From an uncultured Eubacteriales bacterium (GTDB lineage: Bacteria > Bacillota > Clostridia > Peptostreptococcales > JAAYPU01): a stretch of DNA of 64,000 nucleotides. Positions 30,349 to 40,364 of this stretch are shown one piece after another. Made by a program: the position numbers and the translations under genes. Within the stretch, counting starts at the first letter, position 1. Each line of letters starts with the position of its first letter. The notes below the pieces were generated by a model. That model was not told the DNA's origin. It saw nothing but the letters and a program-made list of their open reading frames with translations, and did no database searches. The stretch lies in contig CAYSBC010000003.1 in NCBI GenBank assembly GCA_964429195.1, positions 729 to 64,728 on the forward strand. The letters are read 5' to 3'.

Positions 30349-30705
30349 TTATGGCTTTGAATGCCATGGACACAGGCGGCAGCGATCACAAAAATCCTTT
30401 TCCGGGCATCTCTTCGAAAGCTCATAATCTCCACCTTCAATTTTTAATATATGCCCACCGACTATTGCTTCAGCTATTTTTTTTCTTGCATCATTATAGG
30501 TTTTTTGAACTGTTGTACGGGCAACTCCCATTCTTTCGGCACATTCTTCTTGCATTAATCCTTCAGCATCAATCAGGCGAACAGTTTCATATTCTTCAAC
30601 TGTCATGATGATGATCTTCGCATCCTTGTATTTGATATGAAGTGGACCGTACATGTTGTTTTCGGGCAGGGAACATACCCTTCTGAATTTTCTCGGTCTA
30701 GGCAT
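30349..30705 (-). CDS. DUF134 (UPF0251) family putative DNA-binding protein
   Basis: Family-typical N-terminus [14 protein letters not shown]-like region ([16 protein letters not shown]). Cys-rich tail. Start set at the ATG at 30705, which has GGGAGG upstream. Confidence 0.8.
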   Translation of the reverse strand: MPRPRKFRRVCSLPENNMYGPLHIKYKDAKIIIMTVEEYETVRLIDAEGLMQEECAERMGVARTTVQKTYNDARKKIAEAIVGGHILKIEGGDYELSKRCPEKDFCDRCRLCPWHSKP

Positions 30706-30760
30706 ATTCAAAAGTCCTCCCTTATCAAAATAGTTTATAACATATGCCCTTTATAATTCT

Positions 30761-30788
30761 ATTATATCTTTATCATGGCATATGTCAA
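30761..30788 (-). promoter_or_regulatory. sigma-A type promoter for the DUF134-mrp pair
   Basis: Minus strand TTGACA (30783-30788, overlapping the selU stop codon), 16 nt, TATAAT (30761-30766). Confidence 0.7.
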
Positions 30789-31891
30789 TAACTCTCTTTG
30801 TTTTTAAGATAATCTAATACCTCATCTTTATTCCCTTGGTATATAATTCTGTCCTTAACCTTTTGCATCTGAAATTGATACATGGGATCGTAGTATTCCA
30901 CTAATAGTTTCTCTATCCATCGCTTATGCAAATCGTAGCTTCCGGTATGAACTTGTTCCCAATAGGCTTGTTCAAATAAATGACTTATCTCCTTAAAAAA
31001 TTCTCCGCCTAGTCTCTTTTTTATATTCTGGAAGCCATTTCGTATATGATTGGCCCATTCAATCAAAGCTTGTTCTTCTTCAAACAGCTCTTTATAAGAG
31101 CCCTGGGATTCGACAACATACTCCTTTAATGTGATAGCTACCCTTTCTTCTATAGACGCTTCGAGGATGACTAAATCGCTGCTTTTAAAATGAAAAAATA
31201 AGGGCCTGGGCAAAAAACATTTTCCTACGTGTGCACCTTCATCCTCAAGAACCATGTCTTTATAGCCCTTATGCTTATGCTTTATCATGGCATAAGCCAA
31301 ATTGTTTTCAAAGTTTATTTGAGTGGCTTGGGGTGTCACCTGACTCCCAAATGCAGAGCCCCTATGATTCGCAATTCCCTCAAGATCAATAGCATTTTCT
31401 AATTTTTTTAATAAAATAGTCTTTCCCGAGCCCGTACAACCTCCTAACATGATGATATTGCTTTGAAGCTGAGATGGTTCAAGCTCCATCCTTAAATATT
31501 GGCGGAAAGCCTTATAACCTCCTTCAATCCTCATCCTATTTTTTCCTGTTATCTCTTTAATCCATTGTTGCGTGATTTGAGAGCGAAGTCCTCCTCTAAA
31601 ACAATAAACAAGGCTATCAGGATACCTTTTTAGATGATCCGTCCAAGCATTAACCCGAGCCTCTTTTATCTCTCCGCATACCAATTGGTGACCTAATCTT
31701 ACTGCTTCTTCACTTCCCTTTTTCTTATAACATATTCCAACTAAATGTCTTTCTTCATCATTCATCAGCGGCAAATTAACCGTATTTTTAAAAGTCCCTT
31801 TATTAAATTCAAGGGGTGCTCTTACGTCAATTAGAGGCATTTCGTCTATCACAATCTTTTCAAAATCATTCCAAGTTAATTTTTCCATCAT
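30785..31891 (-). CDS. selU: tRNA 2-selenouridine synthase
   Basis: N-terminal rhodanese domain with active-site CFRGGLRSQ, followed by P-loop GGCTGSGKT. 368 aa. Overlaps the selD stop by 4 nt. Confidence 0.9.
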   Translation of the reverse strand: MMEKLTWNDFEKIVIDEMPLIDVRAPLEFNKGTFKNTVNLPLMNDEERHLVGICYKKKGSEEAVRLGHQLVCGEIKEARVNAWTDHLKRYPDSLVYCFRGGLRSQITQQWIKEITGKNRMRIEGGYKAFRQYLRMELEPSQLQSNIIMLGGCTGSGKTILLKKLENAIDLEGIANHRGSAFGSQVTPQATQINFENNLAYAMIKHKHKGYKDMVLEDEGAHVGKCFLPRPLFFHFKSSDLVILEASIEERVAITLKEYVVESQGSYKELFEEEQALIEWANHIRNGFQNIKKRLGGEFFKEISHLFEQAYWEQVHTGSYDLHKRWIEKLLVEYYDPMYQFQMQKVKDRIIYQGNKDEVLDYLKNKESY

Positions 31892-32919
31892 ACCACCTTG
31901 ATGAATTTACCAAAGGCCTCGCAAGTTTCCCCAATAGGTTTCAGGGACAGTCCGGCAGCAGCAGTTATCTCTAAAAATTCCGGAATACCTTCTTTTTTAA
32001 CAATCACAAGAAGCCCACCGGAGGTTTGAGCATCACATAAAATATCTCTTTGCTCTTCTGTTAATCCCTCAATAGTGTCTCCATAACTCAAGAAGTTATT
32101 GCGGGTTCCACCAGGTACGCAGTCCATCGCAAGGTATTTCTTGGTATGGGGCAGCAAAGGAATCTTATCAAATTCAACAATAGCTGAGATGCCACTGGCT
32201 TTACAGACCTCCCCCAAATGTCCCAATAATCCAAATCCTGTAATGTCCGTCAATCCGACAACACTGTCTAGGCCCGAAATCTCAGCACCAATTTTATTTA
32301 AAGTTGTCATCGCCTCAATGGCAGGCTCTATATGACCAGGCTCAATCTTTTTCCTTTTTTGAGCAGTCGTCAAGATACCAATACCTAGTGGCTTCGTAAT
32401 AAAAATAGCACACCCGGGAATGGCTTGATTGTTTTGTTTTAATCGGTTATTATCTACAATGCCTGTCACAGCCAGTCCAAAGATAGGCTCCGGAGAATCA
32501 ATAGAATGTCCTCCTGCAAGCGGGATACCTGCTTCATCGCAGATTGAACGCCCACCTTCAATAACCCTTCCCGCAATCTCCGGATCAAGCAGATTAATGG
32601 GCCATCCTAGTATAGATATAGCCATAAGCGGTGTGCCCCCCATGGCATAAATATCACTTATGGCATTGGTAGCCGCAATTTTGCCAAAGGTAAAGGGATC
32701 GTCAACTATCGGCATGAAAAAATCTGTTGTGCTTAAAATAGAGGTTCCATTTCCCAAATCATAAGCCGCCGCATCATCTTTATTGTCATACCCCACTAAA
32801 AGGTTAGGGTAATTCTTTTTATCTCCCGCCTTATTTAATATAAGATCCAATGTAGATGGGGCAATTTTGCATCCACAACCTGCTCCATGACTATATTCTG
32901 TTAATTTTATCTCTTGCAT
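31888..32919 (-). CDS. selD: selenide, water dikinase (selenophosphate synthetase), Cys-type
   Basis: N-terminal [10 protein letters not shown] motif; the first Cys is TGT, not TGA. AIR-synthase-like fold motifs. Start set at MQEIKLTEY (32919), which has AGAGGAAA upstream. Confidence 0.93.
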   Translation of the reverse strand: MQEIKLTEYSHGAGCGCKIAPSTLDLILNKAGDKKNYPNLLVGYDNKDDAAAYDLGNGTSILSTTDFFMPIVDDPFTFGKIAATNAISDIYAMGGTPLMAISILGWPINLLDPEIAGRVIEGGRSICDEAGIPLAGGHSIDSPEPIFGLAVTGIVDNNRLKQNNQAIPGCAIFITKPLGIGILTTAQKRKKIEPGHIEPAIEAMTTLNKIGAEISGLDSVVGLTDITGFGLLGHLGEVCKASGISAIVEFDKIPLLPHTKKYLAMDCVPGGTRNNFLSYGDTIEGLTEEQRDILCDAQTSGGLLVIVKKEGIPEFLEITAAAGLSLKPIGETCEAFGKFIKVV

Positions 32920-32990
32920 AAAAATATTTCCTCTCTTTTTCAGTATCAAGTCTGCTCATTAATTTTAACATATTTTTTTTAAAAATAACA

Positions 32991-33018
32991 TTGACAATAG
33001 AATAAATAAGGATATAAT
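32991..33018 (+). promoter_or_regulatory. sigma-A type promoter upstream of the ABC-transporter T-box leader
   Basis: TTGACA (32991-32996), 16 nt, TATAAT (33013-33018). Confidence 0.6.
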
Positions 33019-33159
33019 AACAAGTAATTAAAAATAGAAACTGTTGCAGTAGAAATCTACAAAACGAAAATTTGTGATTTCTATGCATAAGTTCGCTAAC
33101 AATTTGTTTCACAAATTGGGCGAGCTGATAAATTGAGAAGAGTACATGCTTTTCGACAA

Positions 33160-33414
33160 TTTTAAACAAATAATGATTCATTGTTTGTTATCCAGAGAGT
33201 TGCAGATGGTGGAATGCAATAATTGTCTTTGTATGGAATGGCCTCATGAAGGTGGTAGGAACGACTTCAAGTCTAGTAATGACCAACGGGATTCCCACTC
33301 GTTACGAAGGGATGCGTATGATTGTACGTCATAGAGTGGATGCTTTCGCATCAATTTAGGTGGTACCGCAGAAGTTTAGCTTTTGTCCTATAGATAGGAT
33401 AAAAGCTTTTTTTA
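33160..33414 (+). promoter_or_regulatory. T-box riboswitch leader, probable Trp (UGG) specifier
   Basis: AGAGAG (33194-33199); GGTGGAA distal loop; specifier context GAA-TGG-C (TGG 33239-33241); stem III GATGCTTTCGCATC; T-box GGTGGTACCGCA (33359-33370). Terminator AGCTTTTGTCCTA/TAGGATAAAAGCT plus T7 (33378-33414). Confidence 0.88.
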
Positions 33415-33448
33415 TTATAAAAATTATATTTAATAGGAGGAATTATTC

Positions 33449-34420
33449 ATGAAAAGAAAATTCAAAATTGTTTCATTCATCATCGTTATGGCCTTATTTG
33501 TCAGCTTAATCTCAGGATGCAGCGATAAAGAAATTCCTGTTATCGGTATTTCTCAATATGGCGAACATGCTTCCCTAGATAACTGCAGGGAAGGCTTCCT
33601 ACAAGGTCTCATGGATTCCGGTTTAGAGGAAGGGAAAGACTTTAATTTAGATTATCAAAATGCAGGCTTTGATGATGCAATCAATACCCAAATAGCTCAA
33701 AGTTTTTCTGCTAATAACGTGGACTTGATGGTTGGTATTGCCACCCCATCAGCTACCGCCCTTTATGCAGCCGCTGAGGATAAGAATATTCCGGTAGTTT
33801 TTACAGCTATTACAGATCCGGTGGAAGCTAAGCTGGATCAAGGCAATGTGACAGGAACAAGTGATAAGCTTCCCGTTAGCGCCCAATTAGAACTTATCCG
33901 CACTTTGCAGCCTGAAGCCACTACCATAGGTATTCTCTATACTACCAGTGAGCCAAACTCTATCTCAGCCATTGCAGAGTATCAAGAAAAAGCCCCTGCA
34001 TACGGCTTCTCTATTGAAGCCATTGGCATTACCATGCAATCCGAGGTGACTCTTGCATTGGATACTCTCATTGCCAAAAATGTTGACTGCTTCTCTAATT
34101 TAACAGATAATAATGTAGTAGGTGTTTTACCTTCTATCTTAGAAAAAACAACGGATGCGGGTATACCGGTTTATGGAAGCGAAGTTGAACAGGTTAAAAA
34201 AGGATGTGTCGCTTCTGCAGGCATTGACTACTATCAACTGGGCATCAGTACAGGGAAGATAGCAGCTCAAATTATTAAAGGAGAGGCTACTGCCGAAGAA
34301 ATACCTTATGAAACCATACAGGAATACCATGTATATGTTAATTCTGAAGCACTTAACGAGATGAACTTAGAGCTTCCTGAGTCTATTTCAAACAATGCAA
34401 TAGAAGTTCATAATATTTAG
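33449..34420 (+). CDS. ABC transporter substrate-binding lipoprotein (ABC_sub_bind/BMP-like; TrpX-like)
   Basis: Lipobox LISGCSD. 323 aa. First gene of a three-gene ABC operon behind a Trp T-box. Confidence 0.8.
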   Translation: MKRKFKIVSFIIVMALFVSLISGCSDKEIPVIGISQYGEHASLDNCREGFLQGLMDSGLEEGKDFNLDYQNAGFDDAINTQIAQSFSANNVDLMVGIATPSATALYAAAEDKNIPVVFTAITDPVEAKLDQGNVTGTSDKLPVSAQLELIRTLQPEATTIGILYTTSEPNSISAIAEYQEKAPAYGFSIEAIGITMQSEVTLALDTLIAKNVDCFSNLTDNNVVGVLPSILEKTTDAGIPVYGSEVEQVKKGCVASAGIDYYQLGISTGKIAAQIIKGEATAEEIPYETIQEYHVYVNSEALNEMNLELPESISNNAIEVHNI

Positions 34421-34439
34421 AACAAGTAGGAGAAATGCA

Positions 34440-35324
34440 ATGAATAACTATCTTGATTTATTTACCAGCACGGTCACTCAAGGTTTGATATACGGTTTAA
34501 TTGCATTCGGCGTCTATATCACTTACAAGATATTAGACTTCCCGGATTTAACGGTGGATGGCAGCTTCCCTTTAGGAGCTGCCATAACCGCAGTTCTGCT
34601 GACCCATCATGTTCATCCCTATTTGACATTATTAATTGCCATTCTTGTTGGAGCCATTGCCGGCTTCATTACCGGCGTCCTTCATGTTAAATTGCACATT
34701 CGGGATTTATTGGCCGGTATCATCACGATGACTGCCTTGTTCTCCATCAACCTTCAAATAGCAGGTTCTAATCTCGTTGTGACCCGAAGTATTCACACTA
34801 TCTTTACTTCAGGTTTTTTGAGTGATGTTCCTCTTATTTATCGGAAATTAATTATCTCTTTGATTCTTGTTCTTGCCATAAAATTCATACTGGATGCTTA
34901 CTTTAAAACAAAAAGTGGACTACTCTTGAGAGCTGTAGGAGATAATAGTTTGGTAGTGACGACGCTAGCTAAAGATAAAGGCACAGTGAAGATTATCGGC
35001 CTTACAATTTCAAATGCTTTGGTCGCCTTATCCGGCGCTATTGTCTGCCATGAACAACGGTCCTTCTCAAGCACCATGGGAACCGGTCAAATGGTTTTTG
35101 CCCTAGCCGCTGTTATTATGGGGACAACCCTCTTCAGAAGACTCGGTTTTGTCAAAGGAACTACTGCGGCCTTAGTTGGCAGTATTGTCTATAAAGCGGC
35201 CATTCAAGTTGCCATTAACCTGGGTTTACCTGCAAATTTATTAAAACTCATGACTTCCATTCTTTTCGTTATCATACTGGTCTATGGTAATTTCCAAAGG
35301 AAAGAGGTGAAAAACAATGCTTGA
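34440..35324 (+). CDS. ABC transporter permease (TrpY-like)
   Basis: 294 aa polytopic membrane protein between the binding-protein and ATPase genes. Confidence 0.8.
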   Translation: MNNYLDLFTSTVTQGLIYGLIAFGVYITYKILDFPDLTVDGSFPLGAAITAVLLTHHVHPYLTLLIAILVGAIAGFITGVLHVKLHIRDLLAGIITMTALFSINLQIAGSNLVVTRSIHTIFTSGFLSDVPLIYRKLIISLILVLAIKFILDAYFKTKSGLLLRAVGDNSLVVTTLAKDKGTVKIIGLTISNALVALSGAIVCHEQRSFSSTMGTGQMVFALAAVIMGTTLFRRLGFVKGTTAALVGSIVYKAAIQVAINLGLPANLLKLMTSILFVIILVYGNFQRKEVKNNA

Positions 35325-36090
35325 ACTCAAAAATATTACAAAAATATATAACCCGGGTACCATTACAGAAATGTGTCTCTTTGACAATTTTAACCTGAAG
35401 GTATCCGATGGAGAATTTTTATCTATTGTAGGAAGCAATGGAAGCGGTAAAACTTCCTTGTTAAATATTATCTGTGGCAATATAGCTATTGAATCCGGTG
35501 AAGTTTTAATTAATCAAGAGAATGTCAATAAACTAAGTGACTTCCAACGCTACAAGAAAATAGGCCGAGTTTACCAAAATCCAGCTATGGGAACCTGTCC
35601 AAGTCTTACCTTACTAGAAAACATGTCTCTTGCCGATAATAAAGGAAAGATTTTTGGTCTTAGTCGCGCTATAAACAAAGCTCGCATAGACTACTATCGA
35701 GATCAATTAGCTACTCTAGGATTAGGCTTGGAGGATAAATTAAATGTTAAGCTTTCCAACCTCTCAGGTGGTCAACGTCAGGCTGTTGCCTTGATTATGT
35801 CCACATTGACACCCATTGAATTTCTTATTCTTGATGAGCACACGGCAGCTCTGGATCCTAAAACTGCTGAAACCATTATGGTATTAACCGATAAAATCGT
35901 GAAAGAAAAACAATTAACAGCAATCATGGTCACACATAATCTTCGCTATGCTGCAAATTATGGTAATCGTTTAATCATGATGAACAAAGGTGATATTGTA
36001 TTAGAGCGTTCCGGAGAACAAAAGATCGCTACTTCTGTTGATGACATCCTGCATGTTTTCACAGAAATTAGTATTGAGTGCGGCAATTAA
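35317..36090 (+). CDS. ABC transporter ATP-binding protein (TrpZ-like)
   Basis: Walker A GSNGSGKTS, signature LSGGQRQ, Walker B LILDEHTAALD. Confidence 0.92.
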   Translation: MLELKNITKIYNPGTITEMCLFDNFNLKVSDGEFLSIVGSNGSGKTSLLNIICGNIAIESGEVLINQENVNKLSDFQRYKKIGRVYQNPAMGTCPSLTLLENMSLADNKGKIFGLSRAINKARIDYYRDQLATLGLGLEDKLNVKLSNLSGGQRQAVALIMSTLTPIEFLILDEHTAALDPKTAETIMVLTDKIVKEKQLTAIMVTHNLRYAANYGNRLIMMNKGDIVLERSGEQKIATSVDDILHVFTEISIECGN

Positions 36091-36524
36091 TCCCTTTTTC
36101 TTTTCAGGAGTTGTTTAACTTGAGCCTCTAGCACAAGAGTACCATCTTGGTTGCTTACAGTGAGTTGGATCTTTAAGACACCTTGTCTGCTTTTCGATGA
36201 GGAAATCATATCTAATATTTCTACTTCACCTGTTAATACGTCATTGGGGTAAACAGGAGCGGTCCAACGAAGGGAATCCATGCTTAACCCTGCGATGACT
36301 TCTGTTCCTGTTTTGTTCAATCGAGTCCACTGACCCCATACGAGGCATAAAGTGTGAAAACCCGAAGCTATAATGCCCTTGAACATACTTTCCTCAGCAG
36401 CTTCTTTATCAAGATGGAGATACAGCGTATCATACTTGGATGCAAACTCCTCTATTTCTTCTAAGGATACACTCACAGGATTCAAGTCAAACTTCTGCCC
36501 TATTTCAAATTCTTCAAAATACAT
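36087..36524 (-). CDS. MaoC-like (R)-hydratase / hotdog-fold protein
   Basis: MYFEEFEIGQKF start with GGGGAGG 9 nt upstream. GIIASGFHT motif. The ORF-track N-terminal extension to 36608 has no RBS support. Confidence 0.8.
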   Translation of the reverse strand: MYFEEFEIGQKFDLNPVSVSLEEIEEFASKYDTLYLHLDKEAAEESMFKGIIASGFHTLCLVWGQWTRLNKTGTEVIAGLSMDSLRWTAPVYPNDVLTGEVEILDMISSSKSRQGVLKIQLTVSNQDGTLVLEAQVKQLLKRKRD

Positions 36525-36670
36525 AAATGGATACCTCCCCAATTTTAAGTTATTTTTTATAATAGCATAATTCAACTCATAATTATAGGGCTGCCCATAA
36601 GAATTCATAAATCCCCCATGGCGCAGCCCCTTAAAGTAAATTTAAATTAAGATTAATTGATGGCTATAGG

Positions 36671-38584
36671 CTATAAACCCATCTTTTCTCTTTTACTCAA
36701 AATATGAGCTTCAATATCTTTGGCAACTTGAACGGGATCATCGCCTAGCGCTACCTTCCCGCCTGTTAGCCCTTCCACATCTTCTGTAAGAAGTTTTACA
36801 AGATTAGGAGCCCCTGTAATAAATGGTGTCGGTGACAAATGGGTATAGGCCCCATAAGCTACAGTAAACAACCCATCAATGGTTGCCTTTTGTTCCATCC
36901 ATTCCGGTGCAGTGACAGCAATCGGCAGATCGGATATATCTGCATCGAGATGATCTGCCAAAGCAGTAACAAGCATAGATATTCTTCCCGTATCTGTGCA
37001 GGTCCCAAAGCTTAGAACAGGAGGAATGCCTAAGGCTTTACATACTCCTTTTAGTCCGTCCCCTGCTAACTCTATGGCATCTAAATTACACATTCCTGCC
37101 ACTTCCAGTCCATGATTACCACAACCACCTGCTACAACTAATATATCCTTTTTGATGAACTCTTTCGTAAGATTCACCGTGTTCCAATCTTGTGGACCAT
37201 TTCTCAAAGTAGAACAGCTTGCCAAAGCCACGATGCCTTTTATCTGTCCCTTTGCTAGGACATCCACCAAGACATTCAAGTCATTACCAATTGCTTTTAA
37301 AACAGCCTCCGTAGAAAAACCTGCAATGGCTTTTGTCTTATGATGGGGAACCATAGGTTTAATAACCCCGTGTCTCTTTTGGAAGTTATCAATAGCAATA
37401 TTAATGCAACTTTCTGCCATTTCATCCACTTTAGAAGGATAATAAGGCATCTCGTGCTCTGTTCCCGGCACACCGATAATCGTACTTACACTCACAAGAG
37501 CAAATTGATATTTTTCAGCATATTGATCCATAGCAGGAGGGGAACAATTTTCTTCGATAACCAAGGCATCCACAGTACCTGTTGCCAAGAAAGGTTCAAT
37601 CGCCAACCAATTTCCCATGAGCCCCACAAAAACATCGTCTACTTCAAATCTTTGTAACAACTCTTGTCCGGTCTCTATGGAACCGACAATGCGAATACCC
37701 TTTGCTCCTGCTTTTTTTGCCCGCTCTTGATAATCTTGTTTTCTAGCTTTTTGTAAGGCTGCTACGCCAACCCAGGGTTGATGTCCATTAAAAACAATAT
37801 TGACGTAATCAGGATCCATAATTCCCATATCCACATCCACTTCATGGGGCATAGGTGTTCCAAAGAGGATATCCTGAGTCATTTCTAAACCGATTTGTGC
37901 AGTGTAAATGGTAGATATACCTAACCGCAGTGCTTTCTTAGCCAAGGAAATATAATCACCATCAACATTTGTCAAGCAGCTGGCAATACAATTCTCCACC
38001 TCGTGTTGCACTCCTGAAGGGTACAGATTCAATTCTTGCCATAAGGATTTTCTCTTTTTGGGGGCAAAAGCCTCCATCATCATGCTTTTCTGGTCAGGGT
38101 TAATCTTCATCTCTTTATCTAAGAGTTCCGCCAATTGTATTGCTAATTGATTCACATCCTGTTTTGTATCGATGCCTACTTTTTCACACATCCATTTTAA
38201 CTTATCGGTATCCGTAATTTTAAAAGGTGTTTTCCCTTCTCCCGTAGCCTTGAGTGTTCTAAAAGCTTCAAAAGCATGATGTCCATAGGTTGCTGCTCCC
38301 ATAATGTTCCTCATGAGCAAACTCCTCATGGCCATGGCATCAGCATCTATACCGCAGACACCCTTGTCTGCACCTGCCTTGTCACTTATTCTGCATGGTC
38401 CATGGGTGCAAAGTTGGCAGCTGAGTCCTTGAAGGCAAAATTTACAGCGAATTTTCTCTTGGGCCTCCCATCTTGAAAATACGCTTGAAAGACCATCCTC
38501 CTTTATTCTTTTCAGCATTTCTTCTACGGAATCATGGTAGCTTACACGACCTTCTGTTCTCTCTAAAATAGTATCTGTCATCAT
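36671..38584 (-). CDS. CooS-family (anaerobic Ni-CODH scaffold) protein with a non-canonical active-site motif
   Basis: N-terminal Cys pattern CKFCLQGLSCQLCTHGPCRI and later SFGTCTDTGRI are CooS-like. Where I expect G-x-C-C-T-G-N-E, the sequence reads G-S-I-E-T-G-Q-E. Start set at MMTDTIL (38584), which has AAGGAGA upstream. Confidence 0.75.
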   Translation of the reverse strand: MMTDTILERTEGRVSYHDSVEEMLKRIKEDGLSSVFSRWEAQEKIRCKFCLQGLSCQLCTHGPCRISDKAGADKGVCGIDADAMAMRSLLMRNIMGAATYGHHAFEAFRTLKATGEGKTPFKITDTDKLKWMCEKVGIDTKQDVNQLAIQLAELLDKEMKINPDQKSMMMEAFAPKKRKSLWQELNLYPSGVQHEVENCIASCLTNVDGDYISLAKKALRLGISTIYTAQIGLEMTQDILFGTPMPHEVDVDMGIMDPDYVNIVFNGHQPWVGVAALQKARKQDYQERAKKAGAKGIRIVGSIETGQELLQRFEVDDVFVGLMGNWLAIEPFLATGTVDALVIEENCSPPAMDQYAEKYQFALVSVSTIIGVPGTEHEMPYYPSKVDEMAESCINIAIDNFQKRHGVIKPMVPHHKTKAIAGFSTEAVLKAIGNDLNVLVDVLAKGQIKGIVALASCSTLRNGPQDWNTVNLTKEFIKKDILVVAGGCGNHGLEVAGMCNLDAIELAGDGLKGVCKALGIPPVLSFGTCTDTGRISMLVTALADHLDADISDLPIAVTAPEWMEQKATIDGLFTVAYGAYTHLSPTPFITGAPNLVKLLTEDVEGLTGGKVALGDDPVQVAKDIEAHILSKREKMGL

Positions 38585-38671
38585 CCTATTCTCCTTTTTC
38601 AATGGTTTCCAAAAATCCACATTTTGAATAGTATGACCAGAATCATCCATTTCAATGCTAAGAATTGTACC

Positions 38672-40144
38672 CTAGGTACCACAAAATGTCCGGTAGGGCA
38701 CTGATGATGATGGGGGAGTAGCGCAGTATTCAGCTTCCACATTCCTGTGATCATAAGGCCTTGAAAGAACCTCTATCAGCTTTTCGAATAAATGATAATC
38801 TCCCTTTTCCGCCCCTCCTAGTGCTTCCTCTACCAGGTGATTTCGAGGTATCACAGCAGGATTAGAATGCATCATCAACTCTATTGATGCATCTCTTGAT
38901 TCCTTTTGTCGTCTTAACCTTTCTTGCCATCGTTTATGCCATTCTGTGAATTCTACAGCCTTCAATAAGTCCATATCCTCCGGCCTATTTTGTGTCAATA
39001 CTCTGAAAGTATTGGTATAGTCAGCCTCATGCTGATCCATGATGGCTAGAAGATCTTTAGCAAGTAACAGATCCTCATCCTCCTCGTTAAACAAGCCTAA
39101 CTTTGCTCTCATCCCTGTCATCCAGTGATGTTGATAGAGGCCATGAAAACCTTGAACAGCCTCCTCGGCTATTGGGATTGCTTCTTCTTGCTTGTCGTGT
39201 AATAAAGGTAATAAGGTTTCAGCAAATCGAGCTAAATTCCACGCTGCAATCCATGGCTGATTGCTATAAGCATAGCGCCCATGTCTATCAATAGAGCTAA
39301 ATACTGTCCCAGGTTTGTAAGTATCCATAAAAGCGCAAGGTCCATAGTCAATGGTCTCGCCACTGATGGTCATGTTATCCGTATTCATGACACCATGAAT
39401 GAAACCAACCAACTGCCATTTGGCAATCAAGCTTGCCTGGCGCTTTATTACTTCCTTTAAAAATGAAAGATATTGTTTCTCTCCATCATTACAATGAGGA
39501 AAATGCCTTCTTATTGTATAATCGACTAATATCTTAAGCTCATTTGCATCTCCCCATTGTGCAGCATATTCAAAGGTTCCCACCCTGATATGGCTTGCAG
39601 CTATGCGGGTTAAAATGGCTCCTTGTAAAATATTCTCACGAAAAATAGTTTCCCCCGTTGTCACTACAGCCAGACTCCTTGTAGTGGGTATACCGAGAGC
39701 ATACATGGCTTCACTCATGATATATTCCCGCAACATGGGCCCAAGGGCAGCTCGTCCATCTCCACCTCTGGAATAAGGCGTTCTTCCCGATCCCTTAAGC
39801 TGGACATCCAATCTTTCACCTGAGGGTGTTATCTGTTCTCCAAGCAATACTGCCCTTCCATCACCTAGCATTGTAAAATGTCCAAATTGATGTCCTGCAT
39901 AGGCTTGAGCAAGGGGTAAGGCACCTTCGGGAACTTGATTGCCTGCAAATACGGATAAAAATTCTTCCTTATTGAGAGCCTGTACATTTAATCCCAGTGC
40001 CTTTGCTAAAGGATCATTCAAGATGATCAGTCCCGGTGAAGAAACGGGAATGGGGTCCATTAAGGAAAAGAAGGATTGGGGTAAAGAAGCATAACTGTTA
40101 TCAAAATTCCATCCTGCCTTTAAACTTGATTTTTTTTCTTCCAT
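38672..40144 (-). CDS. selO: SelO/YdiU-family protein adenylyltransferase (AMPylase pseudokinase)
   Basis: 490 aa. YAGHQFG, LGDGRA and HGVMNTDN motifs typical of UPF0061/SelO. C-terminal ...RTFCGT has Cys where eukaryotic SelO has Sec. Confidence 0.88.
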   Translation of the reverse strand: MEEKKSSLKAGWNFDNSYASLPQSFFSLMDPIPVSSPGLIILNDPLAKALGLNVQALNKEEFLSVFAGNQVPEGALPLAQAYAGHQFGHFTMLGDGRAVLLGEQITPSGERLDVQLKGSGRTPYSRGGDGRAALGPMLREYIMSEAMYALGIPTTRSLAVVTTGETIFRENILQGAILTRIAASHIRVGTFEYAAQWGDANELKILVDYTIRRHFPHCNDGEKQYLSFLKEVIKRQASLIAKWQLVGFIHGVMNTDNMTISGETIDYGPCAFMDTYKPGTVFSSIDRHGRYAYSNQPWIAAWNLARFAETLLPLLHDKQEEAIPIAEEAVQGFHGLYQHHWMTGMRAKLGLFNEEDEDLLLAKDLLAIMDQHEADYTNTFRVLTQNRPEDMDLLKAVEFTEWHKRWQERLRRQKESRDASIELMMHSNPAVIPRNHLVEEALGGAEKGDYHLFEKLIEVLSRPYDHRNVEAEYCATPPSSSVPYRTFCGT

Positions 40145-40364
40145 AATCTATCCTTTCTCAATTTTTTTACTGCTATCATTATCCATTATTCTTCATTCTA
40201 ACCTATTCTTCTATAAATATAATTATAGTGTCTGTTTCTAAACATTTTTTATTCTTTCTTATATGCTGTTACAATGCTTCTTTATTTTGCTTCTAAAGCT
40301 TGTATATTCTGTTCTTTGTTTGTAAAAGATAACTGAAAATATGATTAGAGAGAAGGCAGAATAG

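Noticed and set aside
32860-32919. Possible selenocysteine codon in selD (some SelD proteins are selenoproteins)
   Set aside because: The motif SHGAG-C-GCK is encoded with TGT at that position (minus strand ...GCA GGT TGT GGA TGC...), so this is the Cys form.
32891-33181. 96-aa minus-strand ORF across the selD / T-box divergent region
   Set aside because: It covers the plus-strand promoter and leader hairpins. It is very AT-rich with a low-complexity sequence and no RBS, so it is judged spurious.
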